From a virus (lineage: Duplodnaviria; Caudoviricetes), in IMG/VR virus record IMGVR_UViG_3300006879_000013, positions 1 through 32,231 of that record: 32,231 nt of DNA; one strand, 5' to 3'. The notes under the pieces were generated by a model that worked only from the letters and a program-made list of their open reading frames with translations, did no database searches and was not told the DNA's origin. This document shows positions 14,601 through 23,088 of the stretch, piece by piece. The first letter of the stretch is position 1. Each line of letters starts with the position of its first letter. A program made the translations under genes and the position numbers.

Positions 14601-17538
14601 CGCCGAGATAACGCCCCTGGTCCTCGGCGCTCAGGCTGTACTGGTCGGGCAACGTGACCGTGCGCGAACGCGGCTGGTAACTGGCCTGCAGCCGGGTCGT
14701 GTCGGGATCGACGCGCACCCGGATGTGACTCAGCTGCGGGTAGGCGGCGAACAGCCTGGGGTGGTGCAGCACGTGGCCGAGCGGCACGCCGCGCACCTTG
14801 GCCTCCTCGGTCCAGTCTGTGAAATAGTCGGCGTTGGTGCTGGTGCTCTCCACTTGCTCGCTGGCTGGGTCCCAGCCGCGCAGCCGTGCCTGGCTGTCGT
14901 CGATCTCGAACCGCCACAGGCCGTCCATGCCCTGGAACCAGCCAGTGGTCTGCCGCACCTGCTCGGGGTCAGCGCCAGCTGCCAGGAACTCCTGCGCTGC
15001 CGCCAGCGCATATTGGTCGGCGGTCTCGGCGCTGGGGCCGGCGAACTGCTGAAAGGTCTGCGCCGCCTCCGATGCCGGCCGCTCCTCTGGCAGCGCGCCG
15101 GTGTCGAGCAGCTGCCGGATAGCGGCATTGTCGACATCGGCCAGGTTGATGCCCTGCTGGCCGAGGTAGCGCTCCAGTTCTTCCGCTGCCAGCCGCAGAT
15201 CGGCTTGCTGCTGGTTGGTAAGCTCCGGCGCAAACACCGGCTCGCCGCTCGCCTCGCGGTCGACGGCCTCCAGCAGCAGGTCGAGATTGCGCTCGGGCAG
15301 ATAGCCGGCCTCGTGGGCCAGCTCGGCGGCGTGGTCGAGGGTGAGGCCGCCCGGTCGCACGATGCGCTGCTGGCCGGGCTGCAGGCCCACGTCGAGGTCG
15401 CGCGCGGCCAGCTCGCCGCCGTCGTCCTGCAGGCCGTGCGCGCGCAGAAACTCCAGCAGGCTCGGACCGAACGCATCCTGCTGGCTGGGCAGGTCGCCGG
15501 CCCGCAGCCGGTCCAGCAGCCGGTCGAGCTGGTCACGGGTTTCGCGCCGCTGCAGGATCTCCGGCGCCGGTGCGCGGATGCGCAGCCGGTGCTGGCTGTA
15601 CAGCTCGAGCGGGTCCATGCCGCGCAGCAGGCCGCGGGTGCGGTAGCGGGCCGCCATCAGCGCGGCGTTCTGCTCGGCCTCGTCGCGCGGCATGATGCCG
15701 GCGAGCTGGCCGAGGATGTCCTGGCGCACCTGTTCGACGCTCTGCGCCAGCGCGGAATCGGCGCCGGCCGCCTCCTGGATGCCTTCGGCCAGGGTCTGCG
15801 CCCAGCCATCGGCGGCGGCGTTGGTGGGGTCGAGCGGGTCGAGCCGCGCCTGGTCGATGAACGCCTGGTGATCCGCAGTGGCGGCGATCTTGGCGACGTA
15901 GCTGCCCATCGGTACGGCCAAGTCGGCGCCGGTGGCCACCGCTTCGTCGTAGGCGAGCGCATCGCCCAGCACCTCGATGGCCTGCTCGCGCGGGTCCAGG
16001 CCCTGGGCGGCGTAGTGCTCCTGCCAGAAGCTGACCGGCACCAGCAGGTCGGCAATGCCGCCCTGCTCGCCCAGCCGCTGCACCAGTTCGCGCAGACGCG
16101 CCGGGTCGCGCTCGCCGAGTTTCACCTCGGGCGCGATCTCGCCCAGGGTCTGCATCACGGCGCGCGTGCGGCGGGCGCTGGCCAGCCGCGCCATGCGCCG
16201 GCGCAGCGGGGCTTGGGCGGCGCGCGAGCTCAGGATCTCTGGGCCGGAGCCGAACACCTCGGCCACGCCCTCCAGCAGCACCTCGGCGGCGTTGATCTCG
16301 CCGTGCGCCAACAGCTGACCAGCCGCCTCGCCGGCCGCGCCCAGAGTGCCCTGCGCCGGCAGCTGGGCGCCGATGTTAATCAGCTCGCGACTGGTGGCCG
16401 ACAGCTCGCGCCCACCCACCAGCCGTGGCGCCAGGATCTTGCCGGCGACACCGGCCGAGACGGTATCGAACAGCGCCACCGGCACGCCCTTGGCGATGGC
16501 CGTTTGCTGCAAGGCAGCGCGCTGCTCGGGGTCGCGCAGCACCGCCAGCACTGCCTCCTCGTCGGCGATGTCGACGCCCTGCTCGCTTAAGCCCTCCATG
16601 AGGGTGTTGCCGTACTCCAGCATCAGCGAGTTAAGCCCCAGCGCGCCGGGGCCGGCCAGCGGCATCGCCAGCAGGCCGGGAATCACCGCCACCGCGCTTT
16701 CGACGCCGGTCTGCCAGATGATGCTGGGCTCGTCGACCACGGTGCGCAGCATCTCCAGGGCACTGCCGGACTCCAGCGCCGCGGCCAGCCGCGGGTTCTG
16801 CGGCAGCGCCTGCTGACTGGCGGCCGCTTCGCCGGCCGAGGCCAGCAACTGCGCCAGCTGCTGCTCGTATTTCTGGCGGATATCGGCGCGCTTGGCCGGG
16901 TCCTCGGCGTAGGTGTTCCAGTACAGGTTGAACAGCGGGTCGGGGTCGCTCGGCGGCACCAGCGCCATCACCGCCTGCATGTCGCCGGCCGCGAGCAGCG
17001 GCTCCATGCGGTCGAGCAGGGCCATGCGGTCGAGCATGTTGGCGGCCGCACCCATCGACGCGCCGCCCTTGAGCAGGCTCGCGCCGCGCTTGGCCGGGGT
17101 CGCCACGTTGCGGGCCAGGAACCCCTGCTGGTCGTAGGCGCTGCCGACCGGCACTGCCTTGCCGGTGGTGAGCGCATCGTGCAGACGCTGCAGGCCGTCC
17201 AAGTCGTCCTGCGCCAGTGCGGCGTTGGTGGGGTCCTCGGTCAGCCACTGGCTCAGCTGCTGGTAGCGGTCGAGCAGGGCGTCGTAGTCGGTGTTCTCGC
17301 GCTGCTGGCGCTTGGCCACCAGCTCGTAATTGCGCTCCACCACCTCGACCGGCAGGCGGGATTGCTCGGCCAAGCGCGCCGCCTTGGCGCGCCGCTCGGG
17401 GTCGACCTCGGCCGCCACCTGCAGCGCGCTCTTGAGCCGCTGGCTGTCCTGCTGCTGCAGGTCGCCAAGCAGCGCGTCGTAGTCGTTGCCGGCAGCGGGC
17501 GCGTCGCCCAGCAGCAGCGCGTCGTACTCATTGGCCAT
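8650..17538 (-). CDS. Giant internal virion / DNA-ejection polyvalent protein (~2962 aa) with an LPD23-like domain and two HExxH motifs
   Basis: Start MANEYD at 17538 overlaps the upstream gene. It is the third ejection gene, before the tail fibres. TGWFQG.DG.WRFEIDDS...L.HP.LF.AYP.L...LLHEIQHAIQ..EGFA.GG (HEIQH at 14578-14592). ANLSTFLHESGH (12547-12561) is followed by HEYWARGFEAYL. Confidence 0.88.
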   Translation of the reverse strand: MANEYDALLLGDAPAAGNDYDALLGDLQQQDSQRLKSALQVAAEVDPERRAKAARLAEQSRLPVEVVERNYELVAKRQQRENTDYDALLDRYQQLSQWLTEDPTNAALAQDDLDGLQRLHDALTTGKAVPVGSAYDQQGFLARNVATPAKRGASLLKGGASMGAAANMLDRMALLDRMEPLLAAGDMQAVMALVPPSDPDPLFNLYWNTYAEDPAKRADIRQKYEQQLAQLLASAGEAAASQQALPQNPRLAAALESGSALEMLRTVVDEPSIIWQTGVESAVAVIPGLLAMPLAGPGALGLNSLMLEYGNTLMEGLSEQGVDIADEEAVLAVLRDPEQRAALQQTAIAKGVPVALFDTVSAGVAGKILAPRLVGGRELSATSRELINIGAQLPAQGTLGAAGEAAGQLLAHGEINAAEVLLEGVAEVFGSGPEILSSRAAQAPLRRRMARLASARRTRAVMQTLGEIAPEVKLGERDPARLRELVQRLGEQGGIADLLVPVSFWQEHYAAQGLDPREQAIEVLGDALAYDEAVATGADLAVPMGSYVAKIAATADHQAFIDQARLDPLDPTNAAADGWAQTLAEGIQEAAGADSALAQSVEQVRQDILGQLAGIMPRDEAEQNAALMAARYRTRGLLRGMDPLELYSQHRLRIRAPAPEILQRRETRDQLDRLLDRLRAGDLPSQQDAFGPSLLEFLRAHGLQDDGGELAARDLDVGLQPGQQRIVRPGGLTLDHAAELAHEAGYLPERNLDLLLEAVDREASGEPVFAPELTNQQQADLRLAAEELERYLGQQGINLADVDNAAIRQLLDTGALPEERPASEAAQTFQQFAGPSAETADQYALAAAQEFLAAGADPEQVRQTTGWFQGMDGLWRFEIDDSQARLRGWDPASEQVESTSTNADYFTDWTEEAKVRGVPLGHVLHHPRLFAAYPQLSHIRVRVDPDTTRLQASYQPRSRTVTLPDQYSLSAEDQGRYLGVLLHEIQHAIQTVEGFAIGGSPDRIQRAASQVRDSALERMQSLQRMLTELAESPPQDLGPDDLAAALAELGAQIADARSEAIEATQETDPEGAFQAYRRLAGEIEARNVQARQTLTEGERRGLAPEGTQDIPPPEAIVVFNGQEMASRPANDGTTRDLIAQHNLTAGNLLHADRMGGLAVPSLAITTVDQPLVNFGEITLLGPVEMADPSGYARTQVFGADIYSPRYPGVVYEVSGAKLRALREQLADAIALTEDNSLTEDQIEDKGLDLLANSRAVLADFLQRNGIAPDLAHRPPRVPSEREAGLERWFGPEGRQVSLDDPAFVERAVASYLADLQSLPGWEADTEVAKWVAALQAEGRAGEVARRSAVNDILGELQQIGEPPSLDPWATKQALEAQLAAADLGAAFEEHVHSLMQSLDAKEKLFMGFTHAGNRRYKTHTLQNVVNILKKELRGGESFNYGVGSLRAHFTPRFKSLKQIRAEKGRLVSREQFETVKAEIDAEFDAIREALAAYSDRGESFGFADAVIGVLEDSASMGVPAALPQHGMEGVPEAVQRQVAEFLAKLRQLPTEYFEAKILRDVALAEFRAAVVPDNLSPKARAALAQNIEPSRTHTYKAGDDADRARVIGEAARADQERVLFQSDGALDQRQRRVARGSITFGADATTIRLLQDANLSTFLHESGHLFLEELAEDAQIPGIAETVQQDMATVQAWWQQQAGHIHSLMTPELRAEVEAAGGAELIRQVAARWRAPQGPLESRIVTEMHEYWARGFEAYLRGEDTAEFAIAPSSELRAAFARFRAWLVALYQSLAELRVNLTPEVRAVMDRLLATEQEIAAAEAEGEVAALFTDAEAAGMSEAEFATYRKTVAEASQQARQTLQQRLMAQYQRERAQWWKEARAAIRDQVEQELNAQPEYRALAWLATGKEPGGDALPGGLEPFKLDKAAIVASHGESFLRQLPGPRNQEHRSAYLYAREGGIHPDLAAERLGFASGDALLDALASLQPKRAVLEAETDARVVQEHGDLRFDGTIADAAREAVHGDQRSRIVLAELRALRRKQREVSPFVRAERQQQTQARREGVAQIREALPSLAVVRQMADGRIGQIRLRELQPHRYLQAARRSGREALTAVGRGDWQAAAIAKRRELVNTELYLAAVRAQERRDKMVKHLKGLARPVARERIGKGGIAYLEQLDALLERFEFASVPLKDLDERASLLAWYQEQLAAGFEPAIDPALFNEASRRNYRELTLDELTGIYDAARSIETLARRSRQLRAGEKLVEREQVVAELVSQAAEARKRRKPPKEDILKGWLDRAADRLGEFDADMIPVETLVEWLDGGATGPWHDYLFNLASAAQTAELDMHAQVGERVGQLIDGLLTRDSVRMTDTFQSSLRPEQPFSRFAVISLALNIGNESNWDKMLRGFGWQGREAEVLALIGRLDAADLEFVQQAWDAVDTLWQPLNELQQRVAGVPLDKVERRPVTITLRSGETVELAGGYYPLVYDPRHSTQGLQQESGPLAGLVEEGYARATSPSSHRKGRTRFAAPLLLDLNHVLQKHLAGVIKDLTHREFLIDANWLLQQPQIRAALQDHLGDRYERLFMPWLKGIANDRVASAGDSLTGYDRAIEGARSRVTLVALGYKATTMLAQFAGAPNVIEYIRSHYGSRYYLDAINRVARNPLAAHQFVVARSGEMRHRFQTIDRDIRDELRRIKSGKVGILRRKIERGAFFGIVMTEKLVSIPAWLAAYRGALAQGATEAQAIHAGDAAVRRTQGAGGAKDLNALQRRRGVMRMLTMFLTPFAAQYGRLRSAGDLVGQRGARYAPELVISAALITMLPAVISELLAARGPECEPGDTDCWAKWLAVTSVASLATPVPILRDIAHGLEAYALDGSLRDARFSPVLDAINRITRTTIQAGEAVYEDDLSDEQVFDLLESSGYLLRLPTGQVRITLDYLWDLTSGETEPEGPGDIVHGLLYRRSRDEQ

Positions 17539-19225
17539 GCGGGCGCACCCTCTCCAGCTTGAGCCGGTACAGCTCGACAATGGCGGCGTCGGTGATCTCC
17601 CGGCCGTGGCGGGTCAGCGTGTCGCGGATCTTGCGCACCTCGGCGCTCGGGATGGCGGAGACATCGAGCGCCAGGTCTTCATCCGGCTGCAGCTGATAGA
17701 CCCGCTTGCGGTCGTCGAACAGCCAGCCGCTACCCGGCACCGTGCCCTGCACCAGCAGATGGTCGACGATCCCCTGCACCTCGTCGTTGCGCAGCGCCCG
17801 CCCCAGCTCCTCCTGCCGGCGCATGACCTGCTCGTCGACCTGGCGGCGGAAGCTGGCCACCTGCACGGCATCGGAGCTCTCGCGCTTGCTCGGCTTCGGC
17901 GTGGTGTCGACGCCGATGGCGGTCAGCGCTTCGTCGACGATCTGCCGGGTGGTGCGGTAGCCGTCGAGCGCCTTGTCGGCCTGGCTGCGGTTACCGCCGC
18001 GCAAGGTGGCCTGCAGCCCGGCCAGCTCCTTGAACTCGACGTCGGCCAGCTCGCCGCGGTACTGCAGCAGGTTGATGCGGGCAAAGTCGGCCTGCGTCTC
18101 GCGGCTGCTGGCCAGCTGCTTCAAGTCGTAATAGCGGGTCCAGTCGGTGACCGGCTCCACCCCTTCGCGCACGGCGCGGGCATGCGCCTTGAGCCCGGCC
18201 TGCAGGTTGGCCGGCAGGGTGCCGGCCTGTGCCGCCACGGCGTCGTAGTCGCCGCCGCTGTCGTTGAGCGCCTGCGTGAGCTGGTCGGTCAGCTGGTCCT
18301 GCTCGGCCGCCTCGGCCGCCTGCTGATCGCTGAAGAACTGGCGGATGCGGGTCTTGGTGGCATCGGCCACTTTGGTGTCTTCGATCTTGGCGGCCGCCGC
18401 CAGCGCCGCGCCCCGGTCGTCGGTGTGCTGGGCGAGGATAGCGTCGGCCTGGCGGCGGCTCTCGCCGGCCAGGCTGCCGGCCTCGACCGCCCGGTCCAGC
18501 TTGGCCAGCGCGGTGCCGTCGATGGCGGCGCGGGTATCGGTCAGGTATTCGCTGGCGGCGATGTCGTCGCCGCGGGCCAGCAGGCGGTCGATCACGCCCG
18601 CGTGCAACTCGCTCTGCACCTGCCCCAGCCGCTGCTCGACCCACTCGGCCGGCTTGCTGGTGCGGGCGGCATGGTCGCGCAGAATGGCCTGCTGGCGGGC
18701 CAGGCTGAGCGCAATCCGCTCCGGCTGGTCGATATTGGTCAGCGCCTCGCTGGTGGCGGTGGCCAGCGCGGCCTCGGTGCGCTCGTCGTCGAAGCGCAGC
18801 CGCTCGCGAGCGACGTGCAGCTGCAGCGCCCGGTCCATGGTCTGTCGGCGCTGGCTGGCCAGCCGGCGGAATGCCAGCTGCAGGTCGGGGTCGGACAGCT
18901 CCTGTGTGAGCTCCCCCACCTTCTCGTCGAACGCCGGCAGCACCTGCTCGGGCAGGCCGAAGGCGTTGCGGCCGCGCGATTCCTGGATGGCGACCTCGGT
19001 GTCGACCTGGAAGCGGGCCAGCTGCTCGTCGAGGTCCAGCAGCCGCAGCTGGTTGGCCTGGCGCCGCTCGTCGTCGGCCACGCGCGCCACCGCCTGGCCG
19101 ACCCGGCTCAGCCCTTCGCCGATGCCGGCGCCGGCCGCGGTCGGGCTGACCCGCGCACCGATGCGGGCGCTGGGCATGGCGGCCGGGTCGACGCGCCGGC
19201 CGGTGGTTAATGGCACGGTCGGCAT
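17528..19225 (-). CDS. Internal virion (ejection) protein, helical, 565 aa
   Basis: MPTVP N-terminus, Ala/Gln-rich helical composition, position between the small and giant ejection genes, coupled start and stop. Confidence 0.75.
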   Translation of the reverse strand: MPTVPLTTGRRVDPAAMPSARIGARVSPTAAGAGIGEGLSRVGQAVARVADDERRQANQLRLLDLDEQLARFQVDTEVAIQESRGRNAFGLPEQVLPAFDEKVGELTQELSDPDLQLAFRRLASQRRQTMDRALQLHVARERLRFDDERTEAALATATSEALTNIDQPERIALSLARQQAILRDHAARTSKPAEWVEQRLGQVQSELHAGVIDRLLARGDDIAASEYLTDTRAAIDGTALAKLDRAVEAGSLAGESRRQADAILAQHTDDRGAALAAAAKIEDTKVADATKTRIRQFFSDQQAAEAAEQDQLTDQLTQALNDSGGDYDAVAAQAGTLPANLQAGLKAHARAVREGVEPVTDWTRYYDLKQLASSRETQADFARINLLQYRGELADVEFKELAGLQATLRGGNRSQADKALDGYRTTRQIVDEALTAIGVDTTPKPSKRESSDAVQVASFRRQVDEQVMRRQEELGRALRNDEVQGIVDHLLVQGTVPGSGWLFDDRKRVYQLQPDEDLALDVSAIPSAEVRKIRDTLTRHGREITDAAIVELYRLKLERVRPHGQ

Positions 19226-19683
19226 CAGCCCTGCCCTCTCTTGAATACGGAGTAGGCCTGAGCGCCGCCGGTGAGGATGGTGCTGTACGCCTGGTTGCGG
19301 CCCTCCATGTAGGCCAGATCGCCGCGCAGCCAGGCATCGGCGCCCTGCACGCGGTAGCCGAACGCCTCCAGGGCGGCGTTGTTGCGCACGGTGAGCGCGT
19401 CCAGCTCGCCGAAGTAGGCGGTGTCCTCCTGAATCGCCGCGGCGGTGCCGTCGCCGATGTCGATGCCCTGCGCCGCTAGCGCCGCCCGCTGGGCGCCGAT
19501 GGTCTGCCGGGTCTGCACCCGCACCCGGCCCTCGGCGTCGCGGCCCCGCTCCTGCGCGTCCTCGGCCTGCAGCTCGGCGATGCGGGCGTTGTAGCGGTTG
19601 ATCGTCCGGTTGGCCGCGCCGGCCTGGTGTTGGCCGTAGGCGGACCCGGCCGTGCTGATCGCCAGAATCGCAGTGGCACCCAT
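19225..19683 (-). CDS. Small internal virion protein (T7 gp14-position type), 152 aa
   Basis: Hydrophobic Gly/Ala N-terminus. G.QRAALAAQGIDI..GTAA.IQ.DT...GELDALT.R.NA motif. Follows the tail nozzle gene. Confidence 0.8.
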   Translation of the reverse strand: MGATAILAISTAGSAYGQHQAGAANRTINRYNARIAELQAEDAQERGRDAEGRVRVQTRQTIGAQRAALAAQGIDIGDGTAAAIQEDTAYFGELDALTVRNNAALEAFGYRVQGADAWLRGDLAYMEGRNQAYSTILTGGAQAYSVFKRGQG

Positions 19684-19687
19684 AGCC

Positions 19688-22009
19688 CTATCCCCCCACT
19701 TCGCCAAACGGCACGACCGCCAGCACGGTCAGCGGCAGCGGGTCGCGCTGGCGGATCAGCACCCGGCCGTTGTCGTTCCAGTCGGCATGGACCGGCACCT
19801 CGATGTAGCCGGTGCGCAGCCGGGTCGGCTCGCCCCAGGCCTCGTCGGTGCGCTGGTAGTATTCCTGCAGGTGGTCGGCGTCCGGGCCGACGAACACCCC
19901 GCGGCTGGACTCCACCAGCAACGTCACCCGCGTCACCAGCTTCTTCTTGTCGGCCAGCGTCTCGCCGGCCGGATCGTCCAGGTTCAGCGTCTCCAGCGTC
20001 GCCTGGTAGGGCAGCCCGACATGGATCACCGCCGCCGGTTCGGCCAACGTGATCGCGCCGCCGCTGACCTGGTAGGCCGCATCGTCCAGCCCGTTGTCGA
20101 CCACGTTACCGTCGGCGAACACGGCCACCGTGCAGCCTTCCAGGTGGTCCAGCCCGCTCAGGTCGTCGACCGCCTTGGCCCACTCGGCGGTAGCGCTGGC
20201 GCGCAGGCTGGCGGGCACGGTCTTGTTGGCCAGCACCGTGATGGTTTCGGCGTCGGTGTAGCCGGTGCAGGTGACGGTCACCGTGTCGTCGCCGCGGGTC
20301 AGCTGCCAGGCGTTACCGATGTCGCCGGCGCTGAAATAGTCGGCCGCGCTGGAGCTGAGCGTCAGTTCCTCGTCGTAGCCCCAGCTGCTACCGCCGCTGA
20401 GGGTGAAGCTGTGGCCGGGGTCGGCGTTGCGGCCGTCGTAACTGAGCCCGGAGTCGACGAAGAACACGTCACAGATATCGGTGCGCGCGTCGACCTGCCG
20501 GCTGGTCAGCCGCTCGATGTAGCGCCTGGTCTGGCCGTTGATGGTGCGGCGAACGATGCAGTACAGCGCATCCTCGCTGCCCTCCGGCACCACCACCACC
20601 GACTCGAAAGCGCCGTCGGTGACGTGCCGGTGCCAGCCCCAGACGCGGTGGTCGCGCACGTAAGTGAGCCCCAGCAGGGTGCCGTCGTCGCGCACTGCCC
20701 ACACCACGCTGTTTGGCACCTGCGCGTAGTCCCATTCCTCGATCTGGTAGCCGTTGAATAGATGGGTGGCGAAGATGGTCAGGTCGTTGGAGCCGAGCCG
20801 GTCCAGCCCCTCCATCTGGTAGCCGAGATCGCGCACGATCGAGCCGCGCGCCTGCAGGTAGAGGGCGGTATCGCCCACCACCAGCGGCGGCAGCCAGCCG
20901 CTACCGTTGTAGGTCTGCGCCCGCGGCCAGTGATAACCGGGGCGGATCACGCCATCGGCATCGCCGTCGAGGAAGTACTCGACGCCGCTGGTGAACACCA
21001 CCATCCGGCCGAGGTCGACCAGGGCGCGAATCTCGTTGACCTGGCGGCCGGCAATGGTCACGGAGAGCGCATCGTCGGCCTGCAGCGGCCGGCGGGTCGA
21101 GTAGTTCTTGTAGCTGGCCGAGCGGCTGCCCCATAGCTTCTCGGGGTCGAGAAGGGTGTTGGCATAGAACTTGCGTTGCTGGAAGTAAGTGGTGACGCCG
21201 GGGTAGTCGCCGGGGCTGCTGAACAGGTCCTGCGGCTCCGGTATGCTTTGGCTGATGTCCGGCGTGATGTTGGTGTCGTCGAAGCTGGTGCCGACCGCCG
21301 TGCCGATGTAGCCGTAGACGCCATTCAGCTCCTTATAGATGGAATACTCGGCGGCCTCGGCAACGGCGTCCCAGGTGACGACGTTCGGGGTGCTGCTGCC
21401 CGGGGTGTCGGACGTGACGCTGGCCTCGACGGACGCCTCGCTCTCCTCGTAGGTGACATCCGCCAGCGCGGTGACTTTATAGCGGTAGGTCTTGCTGCCG
21501 CTCGCGCCGGCGCTGACGCTCACGCCAGTGGGCGCGGCGATGTTCGGCACGGTCGACACCTCGGTCAGCACCCAGTCCGTATGGCCGCGGCGGGACAGGT
21601 CGCGCGGGGCGTAGTTGCGGTGCACGATAGTCACCACGTCGCCGCTCTGTACGAACTGCAGCTGCGGCAGATCGGCGGCGGCATACGGGGTGGCGATCTC
21701 GTAGGGCGTGCCGGGCGGGTCTTGCAGCTGGCCGCCCAGGCGGACAAAGCGGAAGTATTTGTCGCCGGCCTCGATCACGTAGGTCTGCGCGTCGTTGAAC
21801 ACGAACTTGAGCAGCCGGCTGCGCACGCTGGAGTTCTTGGTCTCGGCAACGAACCGCAGGCCGGGCCGGTTGGCCGCGCCGCCGTGGCGCTGCACCAGGA
21901 AGTTCTCGCAGGCCTTCAAGCCGGAGGCGTACTTGGCCTGGTCGACCCGGCCGTACAGGGCCGGGGCGATCTCGCCGCCGGAAAAACTGCGCTGAATGAC
22001 GCTGGGCAT
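19688..22009 (-). CDS. Tail tubular protein B / nozzle (T7 gp12- or P22 gp10-like), 773 aa
   Basis: QRSFSGGEIAP.LYGR.D..KY N-terminus, YP...TYFQQR, WGWHRH.TDG.FESV, FFVDSGLSY, GL.HLEG..V.V.ADG and Q.DPLPLTVLAV. Confidence 0.92.
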   Translation of the reverse strand: MPSVIQRSFSGGEIAPALYGRVDQAKYASGLKACENFLVQRHGGAANRPGLRFVAETKNSSVRSRLLKFVFNDAQTYVIEAGDKYFRFVRLGGQLQDPPGTPYEIATPYAAADLPQLQFVQSGDVVTIVHRNYAPRDLSRRGHTDWVLTEVSTVPNIAAPTGVSVSAGASGSKTYRYKVTALADVTYEESEASVEASVTSDTPGSSTPNVVTWDAVAEAAEYSIYKELNGVYGYIGTAVGTSFDDTNITPDISQSIPEPQDLFSSPGDYPGVTTYFQQRKFYANTLLDPEKLWGSRSASYKNYSTRRPLQADDALSVTIAGRQVNEIRALVDLGRMVVFTSGVEYFLDGDADGVIRPGYHWPRAQTYNGSGWLPPLVVGDTALYLQARGSIVRDLGYQMEGLDRLGSNDLTIFATHLFNGYQIEEWDYAQVPNSVVWAVRDDGTLLGLTYVRDHRVWGWHRHVTDGAFESVVVVPEGSEDALYCIVRRTINGQTRRYIERLTSRQVDARTDICDVFFVDSGLSYDGRNADPGHSFTLSGGSSWGYDEELTLSSSAADYFSAGDIGNAWQLTRGDDTVTVTCTGYTDAETITVLANKTVPASLRASATAEWAKAVDDLSGLDHLEGCTVAVFADGNVVDNGLDDAAYQVSGGAITLAEPAAVIHVGLPYQATLETLNLDDPAGETLADKKKLVTRVTLLVESSRGVFVGPDADHLQEYYQRTDEAWGEPTRLRTGYIEVPVHADWNDNGRVLIRQRDPLPLTVLAVVPFGEVGG

Positions 22010-22015
22010 CGCGCG

Positions 22016-22153
22016 CTACCAGCCCGGCGTCCGCCGGCACAGCTGCCAGCCGAGCCACACCAGCGCCAGCAGCAGCGCCGAGGCCGCCACCGCCAGCACG
22101 CCAAACAGGCCGGCGAACAGGTACAGCAACCAGACTGGGATAGTGATGCTCAT
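22016..22153 (-). CDS. Small membrane protein (45 aa)
   Basis: MSITIPVWLLYLFAGLFGVLAVAASALLLALVWLGWQLCRRTPGW fills the gap between two tail genes, with a GAGGT RBS upstream. Confidence 0.6.
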   Translation of the reverse strand: MSITIPVWLLYLFAGLFGVLAVAASALLLALVWLGWQLCRRTPGW

Positions 22154-22155
22154 GC

Positions 22156-22767
22156 TCAGTACCTCGCGGTGATGAACTCTGCCTCGGGCGCCGGGTCCGG
22201 CTGCTGCTCGTTGCCGGCCGCCGCCTGGGCAATGGCGAGCGCCTGCGCGTACTCGCCCTGGATCTGCTGACGCAGGCTGGCGCCCAGCCCGCCCTTGGCC
22301 AGCGCCGGCCCGAACTCCAGCGCCAGCGCCAGCCGCAGCGTCTCGACGAACAGCGGGTCGAGCTGCACCGGATCGGTGATGCGGCGGGTGTACTCGAGCA
22401 CCGCCGCGGCCTGGTCGGTGTAGATCAGCTTGCCGCTGTCGTCGCTGGCGACCGTCCACGGCGGCGGCGGCATGGTGCGCATCGCCGGCCGCATGCCGGT
22501 GACCAGCCGCCGCGCCTGCAGGCAGTCGGTCGGGTAGCGGTAGGCGTAGGCCCAATCGTGGACCGGGCGCTCGGCGACCAGCGCCAGCGCCAGGCAGCGG
22601 GTCGCAAACGGCCAGTCGTGCAGCCGCAGCAGCCGCTCCAGGGTCGGCTGGTAGTGCAGCCGCGCCTGGTTGGCCAGCGGCGTGGTTTCGCTCTCGACGT
22701 CCTGCACCAGCTGCGAGACGCCGATACGGCTGGCGGCTCGGCTGACGATCTCGGCCTTGCTGGGCAC
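22156..22767 (-). CDS. Tail tubular protein A / head-tail adaptor (T7 gp11-like), 203 aa
   Basis: I...A...IG...Y......LLR.HDWPFA.R...LA, W.YAY.YP.DCL and DPLF.E.L.L.LA motifs. Confidence 0.88.
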   Translation of the reverse strand: MPSKAEIVSRAASRIGVSQLVQDVESETTPLANQARLHYQPTLERLLRLHDWPFATRCLALALVAERPVHDWAYAYRYPTDCLQARRLVTGMRPAMRTMPPPPWTVASDDSGKLIYTDQAAAVLEYTRRITDPVQLDPLFVETLRLALALEFGPALAKGGLGASLRQQIQGEYAQALAIAQAAAGNEQQPDPAPEAEFITARY

Positions 22768-22773
22768 GGCGCG

Positions 22774-23088
22774 CTACTCCCCGAACATCACATCGGCGCG
22801 GCTCGGCTTATCGGGATCGTCGCCCAGCGCCAGCGCGGTAACCTGCAGCGAGACATTGCGGTCCTTGCCGCTGCCCTCGCTCTCGTGCTCGCCGACCGAT
22901 GTCACGTTGACCCGTGCTTGCAGCTGCAGGCGGCTGCCCACGGCCGGCAGCGTGGTGAGCCCCAGCTTGGCCAGCACTTCGTCGTCGAGATGCAGGGACA
23001 AGCCCCAGGGATAGGCCGGCTTGTTGTCGCCGTCGGCCGGCACCGCACTGTCGTCGGTGCCGGTGTTCTTCATGTCGATCAGGTCCAT
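22774..23088 (-). CDS. Capsid staple-type minor head protein (epsilon15 gp10-like), 104 aa
   Basis: M.LIDMK...YPWGL.L.LDDE.LAKLGL..LP.VG....L.A.V.V.S......VSLQVT.L motif; located in the head module. Confidence 0.75.
   Translation of the reverse strand: MDLIDMKNTGTDDSAVPADGDNKPAYPWGLSLHLDDEVLAKLGLTTLPAVGSRLQLQARVNVTSVGEHESEGSGKDRNVSLQVTALALGDDPDKPSRADVMFGE

Noticed and set aside
8227-19210. Long + strand ORFs (8227-10818, 11095-12867, 14089-16590, 17486-19210) and similar ones such as 28143-29900
   Set aside because: They are antisense shadows of high-GC coding genes, with no recognisable motifs or RBS, and lie opposite well-supported - strand genes.
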